DNA of 64,000 nucleotides from assembly GCA_002633005.1 (NCBI GenBank), contig NMRA01000003.1:324129-388128 (forward strand), given 5' to 3'. Every line of letters starts with the position of its first letter. The first letter of the stretch is position 1. The DNA comes from Phoronis australis. Lineage: Eukaryota; Animalia; Phoronida. This document shows positions 51,241 to 63,587 of the stretch, piece after piece. The notes below the pieces were generated by a model. The model saw only the letters and a program-made list of their open reading frames with translations, did not search any database and was not told the DNA's origin. The translations under genes and the position numbers were made by a program.

Positions 51241-51388
51241 TTGATATTATAATTTGACGGTCTAATGGGAGAGTTGTGTTTATTTTCTACTAAATGAATT
51301 CTCTGATTAAAAATATGATATAAAATGTCCAGTTTGGCACTTGCGTTTTCCTTTCTCAATGCAAAGGTGTCTGCACTGTGTTTTACAG

Positions 51389-51522
51389 ATGGGCCAGTTC
51401 TTTTATGCTGCCAAGGCATTTGACGTTCTAGAGCGTCTGGACCCTAACCCTGAGTACTGGGAGGGTAAACGTGGCGCTTGTGTGGGTGTGTTCCAGATGA
51501 TCATAGCTGGACATGAACCCAG
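51389..51522 (+). CDS. IFT56: IFT56 exon 14
   Basis: [44 protein letters not shown]; tacag / gtaact; 134 nt, ends in phase 2. Confidence 0.96.
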
Positions 51523-52235
51523 GTAACTATACAGGATTGCCTGTAGGTGGCACTAATGGTTAAGGAATGATGTGTTGACAGTTCTCTCAACCAGTGTGGA
51601 GTGATGTGTGTGTTTGAAGTATGGCATTAGGAAAACGAGAGTGAATGAAATCAGTACCACTGTTAATACGCACTGTAAAATTGTCCCTTTTGTCGGCTTT
51701 GCTGTCAAATTACATTGGATACAGAGTGTTAGTGCATGCTCAGATTGGCCATTGTTGTTGCATGACAGCTTGTCTGTATTAATGTTTACCTGACGGTGTA
51801 TTAATAGTTTGTCTTTTCTCCAACAAGTGGCTGGCCATCTGACACTAAAGAGTAGGTAGACTAACGACAGTGTTGATCACTGAGTTTGACTGGCGTGCCA
51901 CTCCTGTGTTGTCAGCCAGCATGTTGGCACCATTCACTGCTCACAACTCTTTGTTGCTGAGTATACAGACTTGTGGCTCTTCTTGGCAGAGTAGCAGAGC
52001 GAAAGATGAGGCATTGCCTCATGCCGTTACTTATGCCAGTTTTGGAAATGATGCAAAATGAAAATCTTCGTACTAGTTTTAATTTATTTCCGGTACACCT
52101 TTCCATTAGTCAGTTGGACTGTGTATTTTAACTGCTAGTGACCTTGAACCACTGCTACTCCGTCAGCCACTGGTCCGCCTGAGCCCGTGTGATACTCTTG
52201 TTCTGTTTGAATGTGTGCCGTTTTCCATTTGACAG

Positions 52236-52347
52236 GGAGAGTCTGCGGGAGGTGTTGCAAATCTTGCGCAACACTAGTAATCCGCAGGTGGAGATACTGA
52301 CCCGGACCATGCGCAAGTGGGCCAAGGACAACAAGGTCTCTGTATGA
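52236..52347 (+). CDS. IFT56: IFT56 alternative last exon 15a (554-aa isoform)
   Basis: ESLREVLQILRNTSNPQVEILTRTMRKWAKDNKVSV-TGA; ttttccatttgacag acceptor in phase 2; AATAAA at 53159. Confidence 0.9.
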
Positions 52348-53158
52348 GTAGCCAAGCTTGTAGTGACCTTCACCCTACTGCCTTGTAACACACTCCGCCT
52401 TGTTAGCTTGTTCAGTTCTGTTAAGACGAATGCTTGTGTTGGCCATACTAGACCAAATCACTTCCTGTGCATCTTAGTAGTCAAACTAAGTTTTCCATCT
52501 TGACAGTAAATAAGCGGAAGTCTGATTCCATGAGGGTACATTTTCAGCTCCTGCATACTCTTCATCTATGAAATCTCTTGTTGCCCTTTGCAATCACCAA
52601 TCGCTACGACTAGGATTTGATGAAAATCCCATATGGCCAGCACATGCTAGTGTTCCACTTGTCTTCATTTTGGTGTTCTCTGTTCCAGGTTGGGGTCATC
52701 TTGTGTTCTGTGTATTCCATTCATCTCATTGAGTTTTTCTTTCTAGAACTCTTCTGTGGCTACTGAATAGGTTTAAAAAATAATGTCAGGTCTGAATTTC
52801 TGCATTAGGGTTTAATCTGCTAGTGGTACAGTTGTGTAATTGCTTCTAAGTTAATCGTCTATCAGCAACACATGTTTAAGACCTAGGCTTTGTCACTACT
52901 TTAGCTCTGTGGTTTTGTTGCTTTGAAATTGGTTCAATTTCATTTTACTTTTAGCTGTATGGTACTGCAATCCAATTGATATAACTGTCAATCTATGATC
53001 ATTAAAAGTAAATATCTTAAGCAGAATTCAAATTTGGCATACTCTTGTGAAACTGGTGCAGTTAAAATGCTGTATGAGTAACACATACAGTCTCTCGGAC
53101 ACACGAAACTGTTGAGCTTCATTGAAGCAATGAGCTACCCTATGCCTAATAACCACTG

Positions 53159-53164
53159 AATAAA
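53159..53164 (+). terminator. Candidate poly(A) signal for exon 15a
   Basis: AATAAA between the two last exons; ATTAAA also at 53001. Confidence 0.5.
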
Positions 53165-53588
53165 CTACAGATATGCAAGAGCCCTTATGAACAAGTTGCA
53201 CTTATGTTGTACTGTTTTTCATTCATTTCTTAATCATTAGTTTAAAAGCGGATAAATGGATGTTTGGCTATTTGTATGGAACGTACTGACATAGAGGCTT
53301 TCTTTGCAATGTGCAAAGTATGTGAGCCCTGAACAATACATACTTTTGTAAAGTTCGACCATTAGATTTTGTCAGCTTTAAATGTTTAGATGTTAAAAGA
53401 AGATGGGTCCATATTATTAGCAATACCCGTCATCTGTCGGTGCCTCATACAGCTCGCTTGCATAAAAATCGTAGTACAGTAATGTCTTAATGGTGTTTTT
53501 GTTACTATGGAACATTGGCTGGCTATGACCATGCAGACTGGCTGGGCAAAATCTCAGCAGATCATTGATTCTACACTTTGTCTTGTAG

Positions 53589-53703
53589 AGAAACTCTGAG
53601 AGACATAGTTCAAATGCTACGCAACACTGGTCATCCACAGGTCGAGTACATTGTGAGAATCATGAAGAAATGGGCTAAAGAAAACAGAATTCCTATTTCT
53701 TAG
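53589..53703 (+). CDS. IFT56: IFT56 alternative last exon 15b (555-aa isoform)
   Basis: ETLRDIVQMLRNTGHPQVEYIVRIMKKWAKENRIPIS-TAG; ctttgtcttgtag acceptor in phase 2; AATAAA at 54012. Confidence 0.92.
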
Positions 53704-54011
53704 ACATTCTGTGATGGCATTATATGTTTTTCAATGTAAAGAGTCTGGCGATTATGCTATTCCCATGTTCAAATTTATTTAGATCACAGGTTGTTCAAAT
53801 TTTGTCACTTTCTACGTCTAAACCATTGGGTGGCAAAGCCAACTTTTTAGTTCATTTAATTGGAACTTATGTTAACCTGCACAGTCTAGAATTGCAGCGC
53901 TTGCATCATTCTATGAGTGCAGAGTTTTATTGTGTATTTTAGAGTTGTTTCTGCAGAATTTAGTATTTATCTATGGCATTTTATTTTTAATGAAAACATT
54001 TTGACCTTGTA

Positions 54012-54017
54012 AATAAA
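54012..54017 (+). terminator. Candidate poly(A) signal for exon 15b
   Basis: AATAAA about 310 nt after the stop codon. Confidence 0.5.
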
Positions 54018-56623
54018 TTATTTTGGTGAGCTCATATTTATCTCTTGTAAAACCAGGTTGCACTCACAGCTGGTTCTTTTGGCTGGAGGCAGTCTGTGGT
54101 AAATAACAATTACAAGGACATGACACTACAGACCCCAAAATAGCTTGTTTCACACTTTGACTTGGCAAGACTCCTTTACAATTTAAACACGAATATACTA
54201 CATTATAAACATGCACAGATCACAGAATTTAAGTTGCAGTAAGTTTAGATAGAGACTTGGTAGTTGAGCTGCTTGCTCTAAAGTACTTCAAAAGGAAAAT
54301 GGGGTTTATTATGATGGCGAAGTTGCGTTTCATTTTATCAGATTTCTTGGCGATAATCAGATGGAAAAGTGAGCTTCCATCTGCTCCAGCCCAGTTCCAG
54401 ACTAGCTAACAATAAACTTGCAGCACAAATTCCATAACCGTGTTCAACTTCCACAAATACTCCATAGTTTGGGACTAAATTCTACACCATGGGTCTGGAT
54501 TACGAATGTGGTGTCTGGGTGTATGTTTGTACCACAGGTTAATAAGTGTTAGCTGCAATTTACGAATCCTTGTTGGATCTTTGACATGACACCATGGAAT
54601 CATTTCCACCCCCAGGTAACAATTAAGAAAGTTTTATTTTAACGTAGTTTTGTTTTTACATTGCATATCTAGCATTTTCATCAAGTTAGCAAGCCTTGCA
54701 TTGTACCAATTATTTTTGTCCCATATTGAATTAACCTTACCATAGCTGTTTTTGTCCCTTGTCATCGAGGAATTAAACAAATGAACGTACTATATACATT
54801 TAGTCGGTAGACAGTTCTTGACAATTAAGTGCTCATCACATGAACTTTTAAGTAACACATGCAGACTGTTGGTTTCAAGAAAAAGGTAAACATTGAGTCA
54901 CTAAATGACAGGTTTAAAGTTTCAGAAACATGGCTCATGTTTGAAATAAAATTGCCCAGTCCATGGAGGACACTGGTATAAAGATCAGTTGCGTGTCACT
55001 TTGATGAAATGTTCAGTAAATTTCTGAGTGTGTGATCCACTGAAAGTGCTCTTTAACAGTACTACGGAAGGGCCGTTTCTTGTTTACTCTACCCAAGATG
55101 AAAATAACCAAATTTGTCCACATTTTATTTCTCCGTCCACAAACATTCCAAAAGCCACGACTTGGTAGCAGTCATCTTGTCTCGAGCTGGTCAATTCAAA
55201 GGCAACGAACAATATAAGGATGCCAGTGTATAGGAATTTTTTGATGTTTGTTAAAATAAGTTGAGGTTCATTTGGTTGGCTGCCTCGAGTTAATTATTCA
55301 GTGTCAGTTCTTTTTACCCAACCTTCTGTGAAGATATTCGTCAATAATTTTGAGCACATGAAGAACTAATAATACTCAATGTTTTGATAATTGAATTAGT
55401 TATTGTGCGAATGCACCTAGCAGTAGTTATTCCTATTTCAAATGCGTACCTAGTGAACCAGATGCCATGTTCCGATGCCTAGTACATAACATTTTAAGGC
55501 AGCACGAATGATTACTTAAGGTGGTCCTGCTCGAGAAATTGACAACAGCTTTGAAATGTTCACCAGGACAATCTTCCTCTCTTCAGACAAACATTGTTCC
55601 TGTGCCAATTTCTGAGTTAAAAAAGTCTATCGGAAAATTAGGAAACTTTGAGTGACCAAAAAGTAAAGTACAGCTTTCACAGCCTCACAGTGGCATCAAA
55701 AAAACTTAGTGGTTGCGCAGCACACTGTCCATAATTCAATGGACATCAAGCAGCTTATGCATTGAACATGTGTATATTGGAAATATCAATGTGCTCGATT
55801 ACTCTACACTGTGGTGGCATTGTAAGACTGTGACAACAAATTAGCTGCATCATTTTCTGCTGAAATTAAGCAGAGAATTAACTGCAGGTGTAATAGAATG
55901 GTCCAAGATGACAGCGACATTTGAGTCTCTCGGTATTTACCCTCAATGCTGTAACATCTGTCAAGTAGTTCTCTGGTCTTGTTTTCATACCATTGCAGTT
56001 TCTCATATTATTTGTAGGTGCCTGATTTTGTTTTTCTCTACTGCATTTGACCTTCTAGTGCCAACTGACTTATACTGCTGTGCTGTGATTAGCAACTAAT
56101 GAGCACAACCCCAGAAACCACTTTCGCATTACAAGGGCTGCAACTCTGATGGCACAAAGTTGGATTAACTTAGAAGTATGTGTATAATATTTTCTGACAA
56201 TCAGCTAGACTTTTCTAAAATGAGGCCAATGCATTTTCCCTAACTCCAGTACAAAGGAGATTCTATTCAGGACCGTCCTATTGACCATCGCGACACAGAA
56301 ACCATATTTTGTCCGTTTTCCTTTGGCTTGTACTGTACATGTATGGATTATACTTCATTTTCTCAGCAAAAAACAGAAAGTAAATTTTCATCCTTTTAAT
56401 AAAGTAGTTTATAATGAAATATTGGCTCTCAAGAGTTATGGGAATTTTCAGGTGCAACGACACTTGACAATCCATTGGTGTTTCATGATTATCAATTCAA
56501 ACATCACTCAATTTGTGCAGTGACTAATAACTACGATGGTGCGGAAACTGAAGACTATCGACATACTTCAGAGCAAAACCCATAAGGTGAAAAAAAAAAT
56601 AAAACGGAATGTTTACAAAAGGT

Positions 56624-56629
56624 TTTATT
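56624..56629 (-). terminator. Candidate ALYREF poly(A) signal
   Basis: Minus-strand AATAAA about 270 nt after the stop; others lie further downstream. Confidence 0.4.
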
Positions 56630-56896
56630 TTGAGTTAACTTATGAGAAATATTTAAAACTATTTTACAATAAAAAGACTTTCTGGTCTTGTAAAATGAGT
56701 TCAAATTGGACTAAGTCGAATTTTATCACTATCTTACAATTGTGTATCGAGGCAAATGTCTTTGACGAACATAAAATTTTGCACCAAGTGGGTTTTTGAA
56801 CCATCAAGACACTGATACTAAGCACATCAACATTTGAATATTGCAATCCATCTGTTAGTAACTTCCATGGAATGCCGTAGTTCCTCGCTGGCAGCT

Positions 56897-56911
56897 TTAG
56901 TCGGTGTCCAT
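56897..56911 (-). CDS. ALYREF: ALYREF/THOC4 last coding exon (MDTD-stop)
   Basis: ttttacag|ATG GAC ACC GAC TAA; compare the human C-terminus YNARMDTS (recalled). Confidence 0.9.
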   Translation of the reverse strand: MDTD

Positions 56912-57330
56912 CTGTAAAAGAACAGATTTAAAATCAACCATGATAAACAGAACGTGTTGGGACACATGGCTACAAAATTACCCAATATAAACATACACAT
57001 TTACATCTATGAATGTTTAGTATTTGCTGCTATTGATAAGGACGATGGATTTGTTTTAAATTTGACAAGTTTTTGAACTTACACCAACAAGTGTGGCCAG
57101 ATTAAAATTGCCACAAGGTAACGCAACAAATGAGAAATCTGCCCAAAATGGACCAGTCTCATCTTCTGCTTGATAGGTGAAAAATAAATACAAAATGAAA
57201 CCTGATTTAAAAATTGAGGTACATTAGCATAGAAACCGACACAATTGAATATCTGAAACACTGGGTCCTTAACAACAACAGGTTGTTAATAATGAAAGAG
57301 AAACACTATGAAATTATCATCTTAGGTCAC

Positions 57331-57490
57331 CTGTGCATTGTAATCATCCAGTTCTTTGTCCAGCTCCTCAGCTGTTGGTACGGGTTGTTGTTGACGTCCA
57401 CCCCTACCACGTCCACGTCCTCGTCCCCCTCGTCCACCCCCACGCTGACCACCAAAGCTACCTCGCCTCTGACCACCACGGCTAAAACCA
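57331..57490 (-). CDS. ALYREF: ALYREF exon: RGG region and C-terminal UAP56-binding motif
   Basis: GFSRGGQRRGSFGGQRGGGRGGRGRGRGRGGRQQQPVPTAEELDKELDDYNAQ; tgtag / gtgacc; 160 nt. Confidence 0.93.
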
Positions 57491-58299
57491 CTACAACAGA
57501 TGAACGAGTCAGATCACGTCGCTGCTTAAGTCAACTACCATGAAGTGTTTAATGCACGAAACAGAAACACCAAATCATATTCCAGTTTCATGTCAACAGA
57601 CAACATGCAAAATGCCCAACTAAGAAAAGAAGAAAGGCAATAATTCATGTAAATATTGTTATTGACTTTGTAACATCAAGGCTAAAAGCAGACCACAGCA
57701 AAAATTAGTCAAGCACTTGTAAATTATAAGTAGATACATTACAAGTACAACAACCCGAAATCACCACTCTTCATCTGCAGAGGTAGAAAAAATACCTTGT
57801 AAGATTAACCTAATTTTTGAAAAGTAGGGCCGACAAGTGATGAATGTTTCATTGTGTCTCACTCAGCTTTCTATTTTTTGTCTGCATCACAACTACTCAT
57901 TGTGCAATGGTAAAGCTTTATTTACAACGGTACAACAAATGGCTGACTCATTAATTTTAATGTGAAGCAGTGATTACCAAAGCAACAGTGTTACACACAT
58001 GTGCAGCATAGGTTAATACCATAGAATCAGAGTGGGCGCTGTAGTATAGCGGAAAGTGGTTATTGTCTGGTTTTGATAGTACAAAAGGTTGCACAGTTTT
58101 CCACGGACGACACAAGAACAGAAGAGATTCCTGCTACATGGGCACAGTTTTTGCACATTGACAATTGAAATCACACAGAACACTGGAGTAATCCTTCAAA
58201 TGCACTTTAAATCATCAACTACCAATTATAATACTTCAACTGCACACTACAAAAATGATGGCTACCAGGAAGTAAACTGTCTTCCCGAAGACTACCTAC

Positions 58300-58402
58300 C
58301 CAGTCGTCTGGCGCCTGAAGTTGCCTCCTCCCAACCTGTTGGACATAGATCCACTACCACTACCACCGTCTCCACCTACTAGCTCAATCTTCATGGCGCG
58401 TC
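58300..58402 (-). CDS. ALYREF: ALYREF exon: end of RRM and Gly-rich linker
   Basis: GRAMKIELVGGDGGSGSGSMSNRLGGGNFRRQTT; tgcag / gtaggt; 103 nt, phase 1->2. Confidence 0.9.
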
Positions 58403-58435
58403 CTGCACAGAATTCAATCTAAGCTAATGAGATCT

Positions 58436-58537
58436 ATGTACATACATATATACATACATTCAGAAAAATATGAATAAAAACATACAAACAAGCATAAATA
58501 CAAACATAGATATAAACAAACATTCATACAAACATAC
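58436..58537. repeat. Degenerate (ACAT/AAAC)n microsatellite
   Basis: Seen directly. Confidence 0.75.
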
Positions 58538-58639
58538 TGGTGTCCTAGATGAAAGTAAGGATGATTTTTAGACCAAAATTCGTAAGATGTGGAATTTTTA
58601 TGTGTCTTTTGCAATCACGCAAAAGTTTTTCAACTGTGA

Positions 58640-59450
58640 GTGGAGTTTTGAATAATGGAATCTCTTTGAACAAGTCAAGCGAATTTCAATGAAGGTCAAG
58701 CAATAACAAGTTAATGTTTGTTTGGAAGTGTTCCTAATGAAGTTTTAAAGTTTGACTAATTATACAGTTTTTGACTAAGCTGTTTTAAGGTTTCAATAAC
58801 AAGCTCTAATGCCTTGTGACTGGTACAAAGTAACCATAATGCCCATTCTAAAAATGCTTCCGAGACCACCTTTGAATTATACGGATGAAAGACTGTTGTC
58901 AAATCTCTATAAAATATATACCTTAAACAATAGAACTTTTGGGACAATAATATTCTTGCTGATGAACAGAACAAATTTTGATGTAGTTCTTCATATTTCA
59001 ATCTTTTATATTCCTAGACAACATATTCCAATCTCTTATATTCCTAGACAACATATTTCAATCTTTCAATATTCCTTGACAACAATCATTCGATAAAGAA
59101 GCCCTCCACCTTTGCCGACATGAGAAAAGCTTTTGATTTGACAAGTCATGATTTCCTACTCTATAAAGTGCTACAGTGTCAAACAGAGCAATTAAAATGA
59201 TTTATAAAGAACATAATCTGCATTAATATAAATATGCATGGCACTGACCGTTTAAGCCTGAAAATAGTGATCGTCAAGGAGATAATTCATCACCACACTT
59301 TTTGCTCTTGATGTACATTAGGTTATAAAAGATGCCAATGAATTTAATCAGGGTGTGACATTTGACAATTCACTGTTATCTATTTTGTTCTACGTTGATC
59401 ACAATGATTTCCCAGGCTAAAGATGAGGAAAATCTGCAAGATTTGATCAA
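58640..59450 (+). mobile_element. Degraded non-LTR retrotransposon (LINE) reverse transcriptase remnant
   Basis: In order: WYKVTIMPILK, PLNY...LLSNLYKIY, FADMRKAFDLTSHDFLLYK, RQGDNSSP, LLSILFYVD, DEENLQ. These follow the LINE RT motifs FxDxxKAFD, QGxxxSP and YADD, with frameshifts. Confidence 0.8.
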
Positions 59451-59959
59451 GAGCAAAAAAGATAGTTCCGTTTGCCCTTACTTAATTCTGATGACTTAAA
59501 GTGTCAAAAATTTGTCATTGAAATGTTTTACTCCTGCTTCACCACTACCTCAACACGACATCACAGACACAAATTAACAGTAATTAATTATTGGCACCTA
59601 AACTTTAATACAACGTCCAATTCTAGTGTAATTAGATGAAACTAGAAAAAAACATAAAGGTCTATTTCCATCTGCCGAAAGGATCCAAATAATAACATTA
59701 GGTTCTCATATATTCAAAAGACATCAGTGACCAAGCACCCCTGACTATAGAGGATACTGAAGCTTTACGGAGTTTGACAGATTTTGGATGAAACAAAGAT
59801 TTCCACGTAAATAACAAGAGCATTGCAAACCACTGAAATGCCATCATGGCTGCACTGCAGACAGTATGCTTATAGGTGTGTTTATTAGTATCATAAGAGT
59901 GGCCATTAGATGGAGCAGGATACATCAGCCCCGTCAAAACAAACTCAAGGTGTTGTCGT

Positions 59960-60636
59960 CTCCCTTTGTATGAAATTCATTAAAATTTATCGAGGAGCAC
60001 TGAAGATAAGACGCAAATATTAATGAAAATAAAGTTGCCACTAGGGGGCACAGACGTAGTCGGATTAGTCTGAAAGAAGTCGTCATTCGTTTTCATGCTC
60101 ATAGGAACACACGTGCTATTTTTCACAAAAACCTTACAAGGTGCTGAAGAGATTCATTCACAGACGAAAAAATTGCCATTAGAAGGTGCCACAGTGGTCA
60201 GACCCATCTAAAATACAACGTAAGACATGGGAAACAACTGCCAAGTTTCATAATGATTCTTCAAGCAGTGTGCCATAGAGAGGCAGATGCAAGTTAAGAA
60301 TAACAAAAATGGCCACTACAGGATGCAGAATGTGTCAAATCCATCCAAAAATGGTACAGCATCTGCTCCTTAATAGAAACCTATTTTTACAAATTTGATG
60401 AAAATCCATCAAAGAATTCCGAAGATACAGTGGCAAACAAGAAAAACAAGAATTATAACTAGGGGGCACAGTGGTAGCAAAATTGGTCCAAAGCTCATCG
60501 CCAGCTTCATAGGAACACGTCTGCTATAACTCATTACGATCTTGCGAGAGATTTAGAAGGTACAGCCGCAGACATCAGACGCCCTGATAGAGGTGATGGC
60601 AATATGTACCCACGTACGAGTATGTGGTGCACAAAA
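59960..60636 (+). mobile_element. HINE/Helentron-like element, same family as 22400-23952
   Basis: CCACTAGGGGGCAC at 60038 and degenerate units about every 140 bp. End motif GATGGCAATATGTACCCACGTAC...GTATGTGGTGCACAAAA. Confidence 0.65.
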
Positions 60637-60666
60637 CAACAACGCCTCATCTAAGATTACGAGCAG

Positions 60667-60800
60667 CAGTGTTCTCCACGACCACTTTTAACGTGTCGCA
60701 GCGTCCTGTTTGGCTGAGCACGCGTCCTGTTTAAATGTCTCACGTCCTGTTTAAAAATCCAGCGTCCTGTTCAAAAATCCCACGACCAGTTTAAAAATAT
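60667..60800. repeat. 20-bp tandem repeat (CGTCCTGTTTAAA core) at a probable hAT-type end (CAGTGTTCTCC)
   Basis: Five units seen directly. Confidence 0.65.
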
Positions 60801-63439
60801 AGGGACTACTTTGTGAAAAAGGGGTCGTCGCAGTCGTTAATAAGGTCTTCACTGGTTCAAATTACGCTTGATGGGAACTGGCCATGGCCCAATGAAACTG
60901 AATAAAGGCTAAGGAAGTGGTCAGTTGTGGACAGCCCAATCACCGGTCTCACTCAAGCAGCAGTCCGGGCCGCTAGCCTATATTTATAGTGTAACGCGGC
61001 GTGTAAATAATCCCTCAATTATCTTTTCAATTCATCTCGAACAACTAGTCAATTTAAACAACGGCCCAGTGCTACCTATAGGCCTAATCCACTACCTGCT
61101 CACTGGAGGTGCAGTCCGGCACGAAAGTTGCTGATCGTTGCATTAGGCCTATTCGCTTTTGTAGTCACCTTTTTGTGTTCGGCGGACAACTGATCGTATT
61201 ACCCATTGAAAATAATTAAGGGTCGGTGGTTAATTCTGCGAAGGAGATGTTGTCAGCAAAGACATCGTTGCGCAGCAGTTTATGCAACGGCCGTCTTCTG
61301 GGAGGCCAGAATTTTGGTTTTCGTAGCACATTTTTCAATATTCCGTGGGCCCCACGACACAGACTTTACCCAGTCTCAAAAACATTTGCAAGAAACTGCT
61401 TTTGATGGCTCTCATTGGTTGTTGTTTGTGTATTTCTCCCTTAGATGAATATTATTAGTTACTTTTGGTGCCACCGGCCCATTGAGATTGACCGAGTTCA
61501 TCTCGTTGCCTTATAAGGAGTTTCGTTGGCAGCATGAACATTATATCTGTGACGCATATTCCCTCTAAAAATCTGCCAAGCCAGTCGTAAACTCAACCGG
61601 TAGTGGCCGTGCGTGACGTTTGCGGATCCAGGGGAGTATTCCGAGATTTGGGACAGCGGATGACGTCACTGCAAAGTTCAAAATGTATGTGTCTCGCGCT
61701 GAGAAATTGCAGCCAAAATCACGTGCTCTCATTGAAATCAAGCGGTAACATCTCGCGTAATCTCGCAGTCTTGTTTATCTAGCGTGGTCCTTACGTTAGT
61801 GAATTCTATCCTGGCTTCCGTTACCGATTGACATGCGCATTCTACATACTTAGAAATGTCGTCTGCCGTGCAAAAGCGAAGCACCGCTAACGGCTAAGCC
61901 TAAGACTAAGGATTAAAACCGAGAGATGTTTCAGATACTGACGTTGACTCAGATGCAGATACGACAGATAATCCACGGCCGGATGGTGGTGATATTGCCA
62001 GGCTCGGTCAACGAATCGCAAATATCCGTGTCACGAACGGTGAACCGAATTTTTGCCGACGTCAGACAGGCAATACAAATGAATACAATTCGGTCTAAGA
62101 CTCTAACTTGAGAATGGCTGGTTTTCATCTGGAAGAATGAGTTTGTGACAATCCTGAAAAGTATGGAAATTCCATAGTTACAAGCGTTTGAAAGTTCAGT
62201 TGATATCTTTTTAGAAATATTCGTTGTCATCAACAGGCCTAACACACCGTCCAAGTAGATGGAAAACACACGTGCATAGTTTTGTTTACCCTACCTAATT
62301 TGAATTTATAAGGGAGGACTCGCATATTGTGCAGTTTTTACAAGAGTTCTGGCAGTGCAGAAGTTCATTATGTTGTACCAGCTTCAGAACATCGAATTCA
62401 GACTATGTATAAGAATGCCGTGCGACATTACACTTACAGACTGAGGGAAAACGTAGACTCTGCTATCAAGACATAAAAATGTGACTCACAGACTTAACAA
62501 AGACACTTCACTTGCGCTGTCTACTTCATAGCGGCATAGGAAAATTTTACTTCTGTGTTAGACTTTTTGTACCGGTACTCAGTTGATATTGACATGATCA
62601 TCACAATTATTGAGTAGCCTAAAACATTTCTCCATACTGTATCAAACACGTCTACAGACTTCCATTTCAAAGTCATTGACTAAGCAAAATGGGTTATGAC
62701 AAGTGTGATATGTTTGGAAATAAGTCCAACTTTTAAAAATAAAAAGTTGAATAAACATAGTTATTTGTTCGCACTACTGCGTATTACTATTAAAAAGCAT
62801 AGGTAAAAATAAGGTGCACAAAAAATTGCACACTAGCTTGGGGAGAACGTTGACCACCGCGCGGTTCCGGCACATTGCGGTTCTTACACGTGCGACCTGT
62901 TTAGATTTTCAGATGTGGAGAACACTGAGCAGGTATACAAACTTTCCAGGAAATGTTTCAAAACAATGGGCGGCCTACAGGCAATTTACGAACAAATAAA
63001 TAATAAGATATCTATCATATAACAGTCGTCTACAGTCAGTATGACTTAATTTATGTCATTCTAACCATACAGACACTATGTGGATGAGTATTTACGATTT
63101 GCTGACATATTGCATGTAACTAAAGAAAGCAACTGACGTGAACTTACTCAAATAGAACACCACAGTGATTGGCCAGCCGTCTCCAAAGAAAACTGGTTCC
63201 TAGCACTGGGGCTTCAAGCGACGCGACTTAATATGGAAAAGTAGTTCACCTGAGCAGCAGTAGGCAGATGTACACCACCTGTTCCAATAAGTAGGCAGAG
63301 AAGGACAGGATGTAGAGAGCACAGGTCTACTCCACAGCTTGGACCATTGACCAAGCATAGACTTCATGGCAGAGTCCAGTGCTTCCAAAAAGCACATGGC
63401 TGGTACAAAATGGGAAACCTTACGCTAACCAAACCTCAC

Positions 63440-63587
63440 CGTCAAGAGGCACTCCATTGTACTGCTTCATGGCCTTCACGGCGTCTGTTCTTCTATCATA
63501 CACGACATCAGCTGTTCCCTGAGATCGCCCAGATTTGTCGTAATGTACGGTTGCTCTTTTAAGATTTCCAAACTCTGCGAACAATTC
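63440..63587 (-). CDS. ALYREF: ALYREF RRM exon; upstream exons lie beyond the window
   Basis: [49 protein letters not shown], a typical Aly/REF RRM; ttcag / gtgagg; 148 nt, phase 0->1. Confidence 0.95.

Noticed and set aside
61900-62270. GC-richer stretch with an acidic frame (DVSDTDVDSDADTTD) in the ALYREF intron
   Set aside because: Short, no splice or domain support, and surrounded by MITE fragments; probably transposon debris.
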